From Welwitschia mirabilis (taxonomy: Eukaryota), in NCBI GenBank assembly GCA_051453625.1, contig JBOZIK010000001.1:31016724-31061306 (forward strand): a DNA stretch of 44,583 nt, read 5' to 3'. This document shows positions 1 through 12,825 of the stretch, piece by piece. The notes beneath the pieces were generated by a model, which saw nothing but the letters and a program-made list of their open reading frames with translations, was not told the origin of the DNA and did no database searches. How positions within the stretch are numbered: the stretch's first letter is position 1; each line of letters starts with the position of its first letter. The translations under genes and the position numbers were made by a program.

Positions 1-59
1 CTATACTAAGCCTAATTGCAATTTCCTATTTATAGCATTGATTACTTTTGAAGTGCAAA

Positions 60-1200
60 TTTAGGCCACCAATAGAATCACTTAAACTTATTCTAATCTA
101 TTGATATCCAATCACTATATGAACTCTTACATCTAGGGCATTTTATTTCTCATCCTCGTTATAATTCTCACATGTGGATATTATGTCTTTATTCAAGTAT
201 TTAATAAATAACTTGTCATATTTTTCTATCATATTATCAACAACTTTTTAGATAATTCCTCCTTAAGATTAATATGTTCTCTTATTTCTAGTATTAATAT
301 GTCATGTACATTTTTGTTTTTTCCACTTCCATATCCCCATCCTTAGATCATCTCATATAGTTAAGTAATTATCTCATCCATTTTTGTACATTTTTAATCT
401 TAATATTTTTCTACATTAAAGACTTATCTCCTTCAATTTCTAACAAATAATCCTTTATGGTTATGAAATTTTACTAATAATATATTATACTTATTCATGA
501 GTTCATCAAATCTTTCATTTTCCTCTTGCTTAATATTTATAATTTTATCTTTAAATCTTCTACTATTCTCATAGGTTATGATTTCTCTAAGGAAGAATTT
601 TTAAGGATGCTCCATGCATTAAAGGCATGGTTGGATATCTTGTGATACCACAACTATGCTTATACTTTGAGAGAAAAAGGAAAATATCTTAAGTAATTTA
701 ATTCTAATTCCAAATGATTGGCTTTATATAAATAACCAAACAGAATAAGGGAAACATCATTTTGAAAGTTCTAAGATATTAGGATCAATGGGAATTAAGT
801 CATCTAACTTTTAAGTATAAAAATTCAAAGGTATGGTATCCCCATCATCTTCCCAATGATACTTTGCTATTAACTTTTTCATGTTATAGATTTCTTATTT
901 ATATTTATTTCTATTTGTCCTAGATCATTCTCCCTATATTAGAAGTTTCCATTTATAATAAGATAACATGACTTTATTCCATCTCATCCATAAGTTGACA
1001 TAAGGCATTATCTTTGAAAATTTATTTTAAGTTTGTTTCTTCAAATTCAAAGTTCTCTTCCTATATTTCTATCTTGATTTGATTAGTATCTTTTTTATTT
1101 AAATCATATCTTTCAAGTATTCTAACATACTTGCCTTTTATATCTCTTCACTTTCCTTTACTATCTCTCTTGATAATAGTTTTCTTCATCCTTACTAGTT
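60..1200 (-). pseudogene. Degenerate Ty3/Gypsy (Athila-like) gag remnant
   Basis: Minus-strand translation near 600-695 gives LRYFPFSLKV*A*LWYHKISNHAFNAWSILK, matching the retrotransposon gag motif LxxFPFSLxxxAxxW...W. Many stops; boundaries approximate. Confidence 0.65.
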
Positions 1201-4200
1201 GGTTTTAGAAGGCTTTCCTTCTAGTACAAAATGACAAATCTTGCTATTAAGCGGGGAAAATGTACAAATAACACTAAACTATGTAATAAAGATATTGAAA
1301 AATGGTACTACTAATTTAATTATTGAATCTAATTATTACTATAATAGTATGAAAGAATACTAAATAACTAGTTCAAATAAGTAGTTCAACCAATTCAAGT
1401 CAAATTATATTATCAAGATAAGATCTTGATAAGGATAACAAAAGTAACTTGAGTTGAACAATGATCGATCATTACTTATGTAAATAATATACATGATTTA
1501 AGATGAAATATAGGTTTTTAAAATAATTAAACTAAAATAATATCTATTTCTAAGTACTGAAAATATCCTAGCGTATGTTCACTAGCATACATAAGACTAA
1601 GATTAAAGAAAACAATACATTTTTAAGTGAATGTTAGTAAGTAAACATCATAAGAATAGAAATTTTTAATAAATAATTTAAAACATATGTAGTAATAAAA
1701 TCATAATTTTTTAGAAATATAATTCTTATATTATGACAAACTACTGATTACAAATAGTGTTTTCTTTAAAAGTAGCACTAGAGTAAAAATTTCAGTTAAT
1801 TCCTTAGACTGATCTTTAGTCTTAATATTATATGGGTTTTCCCCAAGATATTTAGTTCCTATTCTATCTCTTATATTTATGTTGCTTCATTATACATTTT
1901 AGGATTTAGTAGTTAGGTAGTTTTTACCAGAACTATTTTGACCATCTTCTTATTTTGATGCCATATGGTAGTTAGTATGTTTGTACTTGTAATAAGTTAT
2001 TTTAATCTCAAATATAATAAAATGACTAACAACTAACTATTAATTTTAATAACATGAAAACATTATTAATATTAATATTAAAAGTATTTAGATATTAAAA
2101 TATATAAATAATAACTAAGAAATAATCAAATATAAAAATAATTAAGAAAAAGTTTATTTATTATTTATCTTCATCAAGGAGATGATAAGTAAATATTAAT
2201 TCTTAAAAGCTATGTTTTCATGAGATAGTTTAAATCTTCACTCTTTCTTTCTTAGAAATAAATACTTATTAACTAGAGTATTAGACTTGTTTTAACATTT
2301 TCCATGATTTGCAAGACTACTTAAATTTCATAACTTATTGAATGACTTCCTCTACTTGATTATAAATGTGACAATCTTGACCATTAGTATTAAAAGAAGA
2401 TAACTCTATCATAGGAAGCCTAGTTTCATCTCGCTTACTAACATGTATCTTAATCTTTTTATTTTTAGATTCAAGATCCAATTTTTCAAGAAATAATTTG
2501 GATTTAAAAGATGAAGAATTAGAACATATGAAATTGAAACTTATGATGAAAAGAATCAAAGGATTAAGAAAATGAGATGAACTGGAAAAGATAAAGTAAA
2601 AATATAAGTTAAAAGGATCTTATTTATAATAAAAATAAATATCTTTAGGAATACTATGTTAATAATTAAATAGAAAAGTTACACATGTCTGTTACCTAGT
2701 AACAAATGCGATTCTTATAATTCATGAAATATTACATGTAACTACTCTTTCTAAAGTATAAATACTTTATACAAAAGTACGGTTAATCATGGATACCTTA
2801 AGTAAAGCATTTGAAATTATTAAGAAACAGAAATTATTTACAATGTTATAAGTGAACATTAGTTCTATGAAGAAACCATTATAGTAGTATAGAAGGAGGC
2901 TTTAATTGAGAAACTACAAGAGAAATAGTTATGCATGTGACCTTCTATTCCTCTGAGCACTATTAGAAATTCTATTTAATGGCTTACTTACATTAATTTA
3001 TAGTTATGAAAACTAATATTACATTATTTTACTTTAACTTTAATATAATGGAATCAATGTATCATGAGAATATTACTGTTTGATTCTCTAGAAATTAATA
3101 GTAAAGTAAATATATCTATGCTAAGATATTTCTAATATTCATTATGTGCATAAATGATTACATTATATAAGGGTAAGAGTACAATAATTTTTAACCATAT
3201 CCTAAGATATGTAATAATTAAATCATTACTTCAACTAAAATATACATAGTCAAGTAAACTTTATTCTAATCGTAGTAATGCAAAATTCATACATTATTGA
3301 TCAGTATTACAAAAATAAAAGTTAAGTAATTTTTAATAATAAACTAGCACCATGTATTAATATTATTCTAAATGTTGAATAATATAAATATGAAAAAAAT
3401 ATTATAATAAAAAATAATACAATATTATAATAATAATTTTTTACCTTTGATTCTTATATAATCAAATTAGAAAAAGAAACATAAGATAAACCTTACTAAT
3501 GAAGGGTTGAGCTAACCATAACTTATCAATTTTAAAATTTACTAAAAATAAAGTTGATTTTCTTCATTTATTATCTCTCATCCGTGAGAGATTATTTGTT
3601 AAGGGAAAGGTACATAGTTAGGCCACTGCCAAGTGATGATCCAATTCTTAGAAGGAGATCATCACTTAACATAAGAAACAATCTTTGTATGAAATAATGA
3701 TTAACTAATGTTTATAGTTATGTTATAGGATTTAATGAGGAGTCTTAACAATGAGGGTAAGCCACTGCTACATGTGGAATCATAAGAGAGGTTAGCCAAA
3801 TATTAATCAAGATTATTAACAATAGTTAAGTGATCATTTGTTAATTATTTCTAGGTTTTAACTTATACATGCTAACTAATAATTACTAACAATTACCAAT
3901 TTATTACTAATAACGCATTATTTCCAAACGTGACCTCATCATTGGTGGATATGACTAATCATTAAAAACATATTGTAGTTGATAATAACTTCTTATTCTA
4001 AGTAAGAGATCATCATTACATGATGATAATTCATTATTATGATTTTTTCACTATTTTAGATTTTAATAATTTATAAAGATATATTTATGTATAATAATAA
4101 TTAATACAATATAACCTAATAATGACTTCTCATTTAAGCTCATAATTACTAAAAATGAATTATCATTAAGTAATAATAATGTCTTATCATTTGTTAATGA

Positions 4201-4476
4201 TGACTCTTCCAAATGATATCTTATCTTTGATTTAGTAATGACTTAATTATAAGTGTAATTCTATACTTAATTTCTAAGACCTTAAAAATAAAAGAAGGAA
4301 TAACTAGTTAAAACTATGTTTGTTAGATTAAAATAGACTTGTATAAATGGATTCCACACTTATACTATTTTAATTTTATTAACAGTTCGAAATTATCAAA
4401 ATAGCACTTCTAAAATTTACAAACTTGTGTTTTGATAACTTCAAAAATTAATTTAATTGATTTTTATAATATAATT

Positions 4477-4740
4477 TATTAGATTATAATTTTTAAAGGC
4501 ATGCGTATTTAAGTGAAATGTACAAATGGAAATTCCTAATGCATATTAGTTGACATATGAGTCATAGGTTATTGACTTTTAATTTAGAAAGGTCTATTGT
4601 ATTTATTGGTTTAAAATAATGAGATTTATTGATTTAAGATAATAAAACACTTGAGTTATTTAAATGATGTATCATTAATGCCCTTAGCAATTTCTCTCAG
4701 TAGAGGGTCTATTTTACATAGGAGAGTTTCAAACCCTTCA
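4477..4740 (+). repeat. 5' LTR of the small LTR element
   Basis: Aligns by eye to 6745-7025 (e.g. ATTTAAgTGAAATGTaCAAATGG ... TCTATTGTATTTATT ... AATTTCTCTcAG ... CCTTCA). Confidence 0.7.
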
Positions 4741-6744
4741 ATTAGTACTAAAGAAAAAACTTTGAAAGTTTCAAGATTAAAAGGTAAAGGAGAGATTCTT
4801 GAAATATTGATTCTTGGTCTGAATAACTAAGGACTATTTAAAAGCCTTATAATTTATAAAAACCTACGAATTAAGATTCAAAGAGCTCTATCCTTTTTTT
4901 TATTGTAAGATCTTTAGTTATTGTGTCATAAAAGGAAATGATGAGTTCTTCTTTCATAACAAGTAATGCTCTTATTTTAGGAAAAGGGTTGATTGATGAG
5001 ATTTTGATGTAGTCGTGGAATGATGTTTTGTGGTGTTCATTGACTCTCAAATATATTTAGTTGAATCAAAATCTTTTAAGAACTTCTATCCCATTCTATA
5101 AGTTTTTTCTCATTTGATGGCTTGATTTAATATCTTTTAAACTTTTATGTTCATGTTTATTATGAAAATTAGTTTATAATAGATGTTTTAGCTCATCTTT
5201 TATTCCTTTTCAATTGTTTAAAATTTGAAGCATCATTTGGAAAGTTGACATAGGATTATTTTATTCATCTAAAATCAACTAACACTTTGAAAGCTTGATT
5301 GCATTCCTTATGTTAGTTTGAGAGCAAATAGGCTTGTATAATTTTAATTTGAACTAAAGGGATATTTTAACCTCTTGATCAAGTTCTTTATTATCCATTA
5401 AAAAAGCTTGTAGTAGATGAGATGCTTAAATATTTCATCCTCTTACTATCTTCTCTATCCACTAATTCATATGCTCTTCTCTCCTACTTCAATCCCTATG
5501 CCATCCTTTCATACATTATATTAATTAATGAATCTACTAAAACTAATACTAATTCTATACATAATAGTAATTATATGATTCTATAGACTCATATTCCATT
5601 CCATGAACTCCCTTTGGCTCTAAATAATTCTTCATCTTTGAAGGTAATTTATGTATTGCAAAACCCATGGAATGCTTTCATTTTAATTTAGAAATCCTAG
5701 TATTACATTAAAGAGTTGAAGAATTTTAAGAAGATCCACAAAAATAGAGAAATGATGTTATCAAAGGAGTAATTTTTTGATGGCTTTTATTGCAGGCATT
5801 TCCATCGAGTAACTTTTGCATAACATGTGTTAATTCACTAGAATAAACACTGGAGGAATCTAAAAAGAGTTCTATGATTGATTTATTAAGAGCTACAATT
5901 CAATTATATTAGAAGTATTTTGAAAATAGGACACTTTCTTAGGCTTTAGTCTAATTTGATGGAGAGGAACGTAACTTCCATTTTTGAAAATTTTAGCTTT
6001 AGAGGTTGCCAAATGCATAGGTAAATAGAATAGACTTGAGAAAAGTAATTAGACCAATTACACTTCATAACTTCATTTGTTTTAGATATGAAAAACATGA
6101 TGGTAGAATTTATATCTATTGAAATATCATAATCATAATTAAGGATTGCATTTTTAAAATGCTCTATAACAGATTATTAGTATAAAGGAGGGCCACTAAT
6201 ATTGTTATCATTATTTGATTTAAGCATGTGTAAGGCATTTCTTCTTTTTCATGATAATATTTTATTTATTTAAAATTTCTATTTCATGAAGGATTAAATT
6301 TGTCAACTCCCTTCATGTGGACTTCTCATAACCCATTGCATATGCAGTATCATTATAGGAATAATGTTATGAAAAATGATATGGAATGCTATTCATAATA
6401 TGTTTTTCTATATGGTAATTGCTTGCTTGTTTCATTTGAAGTGTTGGGTGTGTCCTCTACTTTCTAGCAAAGTACACAAATTGATTGAAAAGACTATCTA
6501 AAAGATATTTTCCTTAAAGTTTCATAGGCTAAAGGGTGTAGATTCATTTAGGAAGATCACTCAAAGGAAATATTCCTTAAGGTTGAACATTTTGATAGCT
6601 TAGTACTTCTATAATTACTTCAAATCTTGGTATGTTTTTATCTTAATGCTTTAGTTTATGCTTTAATGCTATGCTAGAGGAATGTTCTAGTAATTGTATA
6701 ATACCCAAGTCCTCATTTTTTGAATTTGATATTAAAGGGGGATT

Positions 6745-7025
6745 TTTTGAGTTATAGTCTCTTAAGACATGTTTATTTAAATGAAATGTGCAAATGGGAA
6801 TGCCCAATGTACATTAGTCATACTATGAATCATAGTTGATTGATTAAATAATGGATCTTATTATAATTTATAGAAACAAGATCATAGAATTTAGAGAGTT
6901 CTATTGTATTTATTAATTTAATATAATGAAACATTTTAGTTATCTTAATGCAGTACAATTCATGCTTCTTTGGAATTTCTCTTAGCATAGGGCATGTTCT
7001 ATGCATGAGGGTTTTAAATCCTTCA
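6745..7025 (+). repeat. 3' LTR of the small LTR element
   Basis: Follows the PPT and ends in CA; homologous to 4477-4740 with indels. Confidence 0.7.
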
Positions 7026-7169
7026 TACTTAAAATTACAAATATGAATTTTTATAATTAGATTATAGTATTTTTTATTATTTTAAAAGCTTGAAGTCTAT
7101 AAATGAGGACCTAACGTGCTAAAGCTAAGTGTTATTTTTCTTAGAAATTTTAATTATATCAAAAGTAAA

Positions 7170-9110
7170 TTAGTTATGTTTAATGAAAAATACCCATATT
7201 GTATAAAATAGGAACTAAATGATATAATTAAAGTGGGATAAATTGTTAACTCTTAATGGAAAATAATCTACCTCTCATACTAAATATTATTATACTTCAT
7301 TGAAAAAATTATCCATAAAAATCAAAAGATAGTTTTAAAAAGTTTAGTTGCGAAAATTGAATTTAGATTTGATAAATAATTAATAAACTAATTTATTACA
7401 TTTACCTATAAGTAGTGATATTTTGAGTCTCAAAGTCAAAGATAGAAATAAGTTAGAACCTCTTAAAATAAAAGTCTTAAAAAATTTTGAGTTAAGAGGA
7501 GAAATTATAGCAAACTATGATAAGGATAATAATCCTATTAAGTTTTTAATTTCTACATTCATATATACAAATGTTTTGTCCACTAGCATTAAAAAAAAAT
7601 TTAAATTACTAAAGATTAAAATTTTAAAAGATCTAATTTGATAAAAAGTAATACTTAAAATCTTGATCTAGAATAATCAATCATTAATGAAGTAATAGCT
7701 TTTAGAAATCAAATGTTTAAGGCAAAAAGAATAATAATGGAAGATCAACATATATCTTTAGGTTATTTATTCTTAATAAAATAATTTTCATAAAATTTTT
7801 AGTACTGATGAAATATCTTACATTAAGAGTAGATCTTAAAATAAAAACTTCTTATTTTAGTAAAAGATACTTTGATCAAATCCTTGCAAAAAAAAAGTGA
7901 AATGAGAAATTTTTCTTTTTTTTTAATGTATATAATACAATGGGAAATGAGTGTTAGAATTTCAACAATAATACCCTTTTATAAATTTTAGAGATACGTC
8001 ATCCTATACTTCTACAAAATTTCCCAATACTGTCACTTCCATATAACCTCCAAAAAACATAAATTTTGGTTAGATTAATTTTAAAAATTCAACTTACAAA
8101 CTATATCTTTATTACATATGACAATGCCAACTACTATAAAATTTCAAAAATAGTAAGAAATGGATTCAAAATTAGAGAATTTATAGTTAATAAACATTTA
8201 TTCTAACATTAGTTCTTCTAATAATCTTAAAGATTTAAGGAAGTTAAGAAGAGAAAATGAATCTATGAAGAATTAGATTAATCAATTACAATAGAAAAGA
8301 TTCTAATAGATCTAATTTAGGCTAGGAATATTGAATAACTACAAAATTAAATTTAAAATTATTGATAAAAATTAAATTTTAAAAGAAAAATTACAAATTA
8401 GGAAAATAAACTACAATAATTGGCCTAAAATAAAAGATTCAACATCTCACAATTCATAAACTCTGGCCAAATCTAATGGTAGAAGTATTTGAAGAAGTGA
8501 AAAGGAAAAATAATAAGATAAATATATTAAAAATAATCTTAATTCATTATCTACATCTTATTTTAATAACAATCTCAAAACTCAAAGTCAGTACCATGAG
8601 AACATAGAGAAAAGATGTTTTAAAGAAGAAAGGAATAATGATAAATTTGTTAAGAATATTATATAACTAATAGGAAAAAATTAAAGAGAAATAATCAAAA
8701 ACTACTATACAAGGTAGAAGAATCAAAGAAAGAAAATTTTTAGTATCTTTGAATAATAAGGCATTTATTATAGTACTAGAGAATTCTTACAGATAAATTG
8801 AATAATCTATTAGTTGGAGGTTTAAAATGCTTCATCTAAAAATGTTACATGATCTAAGGAAAAAAAAATTCATGCTTAATATGATAATTCCTTTAAAAGA
8901 TATAAACTAACCACTTAGTATTTAATTCAATCTCTAGTATTTTCTAAAAGTAATTTAATAATAAATTAGAATGATTTTTCTAGACTAGCTTTAAAAAAGT
9001 AAAATAAAATAGAGATTTTTATTAAATATTTAAAAGGATACTTCTCCTATTACAAAGGTTTGAGGGGATTATAAACTCAAGATACATTTAGACATGTAAG
9101 AAATCCCATG
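7170..9110 (+). pseudogene. Possible endogenous pararetrovirus (Caulimoviridae) fragment: 30K movement protein, coiled coil, possible capsid start
   Basis: Frameshifted reading IIKVGINC*LLMENNLPLILNIIILH...SLVAKIEFRFDK...ILSLKVKD resembles the spacing of the caulimovirid MP core. It is followed by heptad-like LKDLRKLRRENESMKN*INQLQ*KR at about 8227-8300. Strongly A-rich coding-like strand bias. Confidence 0.4.
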
Positions 9111-9299
9111 TTTCACAAAGGAAAAAACATGTCAAATTTAGGTTTCACTATTTTAGAAAATAATACAAATACAAATACCTCACACAAATGTATTATTTTA
9201 TTTAGTTCAATGGTAATAATGAAATTTACAAAGAGGATGAACAAAGAATGGCAATATTATTTTGATTGATATAAAAATTTCTTAACTATAGTATCTAAG

Positions 9300-10020
9300 C
9301 ATATTTCATATTTCTTCTTTTAGATCAACATTATTGGTAGATCTACACTGCTTGGTTTCATAACAATGGTTGTTTGGATAGATTTCCTTATAAATTATTC
9401 ACATTATATAGGTCTTCTAGGCCTAAATGGCTCATCTTATTCTAGGACTTGCTTAACTTGAATCTGTGATTTTTTTTAATAAATCTCCTTAAGTTTGCTA
9501 CAAAGGTCCTGAATGGTTTGTCATGCCTCATTGAATACTTTAAATGCTTTGTTACATTTTGTATTCTCTAAATGCTATATTTCTTTATTGAGATCCCTGA
9601 TTCTTCTCCCCTTAAATTTAAATCACCTAGGACTATCATTTATTATGATGCCATTAAAATGATTCACTATCATTTCTTATCTTTGTAATAAAGCATAGAT
9701 TTTTAATGAAATAAGGTATTAGTAGCGATAGTTTTACATTACTTTTCAAATTATAATACTACTCTTGAAGGTATTTTTGTACTTTTGAGGTGATATGAAT
9801 CTCAGACACTCATTAAGCTCAAAATGATGCATTATGATCTAGATTTAGGCTATTCATGATAATTAGGATTAGGAGGTTAAGATCAAGGGTGAAAATGTGG
9901 AGCATGGAGGATTAATTAAATCTATCACATTTATAAATGATTCATAGCTCCATTTCCATCCTCATAACTCATCCACTTAATAATGCACTGATTTTAATTC
10001 ATTTTGACATGGGATTCATG
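9300..10020 (-). pseudogene. Highly decayed coding-like remnant, possibly Gypsy gag
   Basis: Minus-strand reading includes PFRPRRPI*CE...PNNHCYETKQC, a Cys/His knuckle-like pattern. Weak evidence. Confidence 0.25.
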
Positions 10021-12565
10021 ACACTATATGATATTAAAAACTTTTAAGACATTAATACTTATAAATTTGCATTCCTAGATCTATAATTTGTATTTTTAAA
10101 TAAAATTTAATATTTTCATGTAACATAAATCATAAAAGATAAAATTTAATTAATTTATCTTTTGAGAGTTTAGGTAGTAATATTTCAAACTACCTATGAT
10201 GTTGTGGTGCCATTTCCATGATTACATTAGCTCAGTAGTACCATTTGATAGTTCTCACATGTCAAGCATGAATCACATGTGGAAATGTAATAGTTTTGGT
10301 GTTGCAACATCATTTGTAAATATGTTATTTACATTTATGTATAAATTTTTTATTTTTTCATGAATTTCTCTCTCTTCTATCTCTGGTTTTCAAAATCAAA
10401 GTAGACTAGTGAATACTGGTTTTTGTATTGACCTTCACTCTTTCTTGAAAACTTCAACGATTCTAATCTTTTATTAGTAAATTTCTATCATGATTTAATA
10501 ACTTTCATCCTTAATTAGTCAAAATAAAAATTTAGGGTCTAAAACCTCTTTTTCAATCATTTATAGTCAAAGTTGTAGTTTTAATTCTAAACTATGAAAT
10601 CTTAATTTTTATTATTTTGCATAGTAAATTTCTCTATTATTAATTTTTTTAAAAAAATTTAGGATCTTAGCTTGTAGTAGTTTTGTCAGACTTTCTAATA
10701 TGCAATCAATGTGTTTTTAAGTTTTGTAATTTGTTTAATATTCTTAGTTAAATTAGAGTTGACTGTAATTTTTATAGTTTTTTCCATATGAACTATTGCT
10801 ATTAATGTTAATTAATTCTACTTAATCTTGAATATTTAGTTACAGAAACTTGTTCTAGCACATATTTAAGTATTTTAAATGTTTTGATATATTCTAAGTC
10901 CATTATTTTGAATTTTCTCTCTTTTTTAATAAACATTTACATGCTAGTTTTTATAAATTAATTTTTAATTTGAAATCTAATTTAAATATTTTGAGGCTTT
11001 TATAATCCTTTAATAAAAATTAAATAGATATCTTTCAAGTCAAACATACCCAGATTTATTAAAAATATTATTTAAGATAAATAGTTTGCTATGTGAATTT
11101 AAAGAATCTAGTTTTCCAAGTGTTATCTTTTGATTCTAAGTTGTTTTGCATTTTATATAAAATGAAACAAGATGTTTAATTACATAATTAGATCCATGTG
11201 ATTTTATTTTAAGTAATAAATTTTCAAGGAAGATTATTTTTGTATAAAATTGACTAGGGTATATTTGACTACTAAATTCTCTTCCTTATTTGTATGAGTT
11301 GTAAATGATATTTAGAATCAGAATGAATTTTTATAAAATATTACTTCTTTTTATTTTATTGTATTTTCATTTTTCAATCTCATGAAGTTTTATTTTTACA
11401 TGCATGATCCCTTGTGATAATTACAAATCACGTGTTATAATTACATGCATGTCACATGAAAGAAATAGTTGTTTTATCGTGTGCTGTAATAGTTTGGTAA
11501 GACAACATTAATGTTTTCATATGAATTCATGTTAAGTCTCCTATCATTTTAATACTTATGTACTTTCACTATATATGCAATTTAACCTAGAAGATTTCTT
11601 TATGCTTTAATTTGAAATTTTTATACTTCAACTTTTTCCTTTCTAATTTAAATTATTATATTTAGTAAACATTTATTTTTGCAAAGGCTCAGAGCATGAT
11701 CTCCTCATTTTAAAAATTGAGTTTTATTCATTCAAAATTAGCACTATTGCTGGGGAACACTTCTATTTTTATGTGAAATATAANNNNNNNNNNNNNNNNN
11801 NNNNNNNNNNNNNNNNNNNNNNNNNNNNNNNNNNNNNNNNNNNNNNNNNNNNNNNNNNNNNNNNNNNNNNNNNNNNNNNNNNNNNNNNNNNNNNNNNNNN
11901 NNNNNNNNNNNNNNNNNNNNNNNNNNNNNNNNNNNNNNNNNNNNNNNNNNNNNNNNNNNNNNNNNNNNNNNNNNNNNNNNNNNNNNNNNNNNNNNNNNNN
12001 NNNNNNNNNNNNNNNNNNNNNNNNNNNNNNNNNNNNNNNNNNNNNNNNNNNNNNNNNNNNNNNNNNNNNNNNNNNNNNNNNNNNNNNNNNNNNNNNNNNN
12101 NNNNNNNNNNNNNGGGTTGGATTATTATGATAAGGATACATTTGCTTTTGTAATGGCTTAGAATGTGATCTCCTCATTTTAAAAATTGATTTTTTTCCTC
12201 TATTCACTTTGTTAACTCTTCTTTTTGTTGAATGTATGCATTTAGGATCTTTATCCTATATTTTTTAAACATTTTACAACTTTTTGCTTAGGTCTTGTAT
12301 TTTTTTTATTTTGCTTTACTGACCTCTTCTTTAAAATATTTATTTTGTTTATTAAGGATTATTGTATCTATTTCTCCTATTTGTGCTCTAGTTATCTTCT
12401 TTATTTTATTCATCTTTAGTCCATAGATATAATATAAAATTTCCTAAAATTATTTCCTAACTAACATATCTGTAAGTTTCTTACTTCTTGTAAGTTCATC
12501 TTGATCTAGATCATTACTCTAGGAGATAGAAATAATCATAAGTATAATACCATTGCTTTGCTTAA

Positions 12566-12737
12566 TGAGAGAGAATAAACTAGTGAATTTAGAAATAAAA
12601 CTAGCTGAACATGTTCTATTAATATTTGAGGTAAAACCTCAATAACTACAATTTGAAAAAGAAGAAAATAGTAGGTAAGGATGATCAAATAAAAATCAGA
12701 GAAAATCAAGGGAAGCTAAGAAAATCAAGGGACGATA
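12566..12737 (-). repeat. 3' LTR of Copia element (runs into N-gap)
   Basis: Roughly 80-85% identical by eye to 18092-18245. Confidence 0.9.
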
Positions 12738-12825
12738 NNNNNNNNNNNNNNNNNNNNNNNNNNNNNNNNNNNNNNNNNNNNNNNNNNNNNNNNNNNNNNN
12801 NNNNNNNNNNNNNNNNNNNNNNNNN

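Larger units (their letters stand above)
4477..7025 (+). mobile_element. Non-autonomous LTR retroelement with Copia-like ends (TRIM/LARD-like)
   Basis: Diverged direct repeats at about 4477-4740 and 6745-7025, both ending CCTTCA. Decayed Met-PBS-like TTAGTACTAAAG follows the first repeat; PPT AAAGGGGGA (6734-6742) precedes the second. Flanks TAATT/TACTT match 4/5 as a TSD. No gag-pol motifs recognised inside. Confidence 0.7.

Noticed and set aside
1243-1270. AAGCGGGGAAAA-TGT as a PPT/LTR start
   Set aside because: Orientation conflicts with the adjacent minus-strand gag, and no partner LTR was found.
11697-12200. GATCTCCTCATTTTAAAAATTGA repeated around a gap
   Set aside because: Short and gap-adjacent; cannot distinguish a tandem repeat from an artefact.
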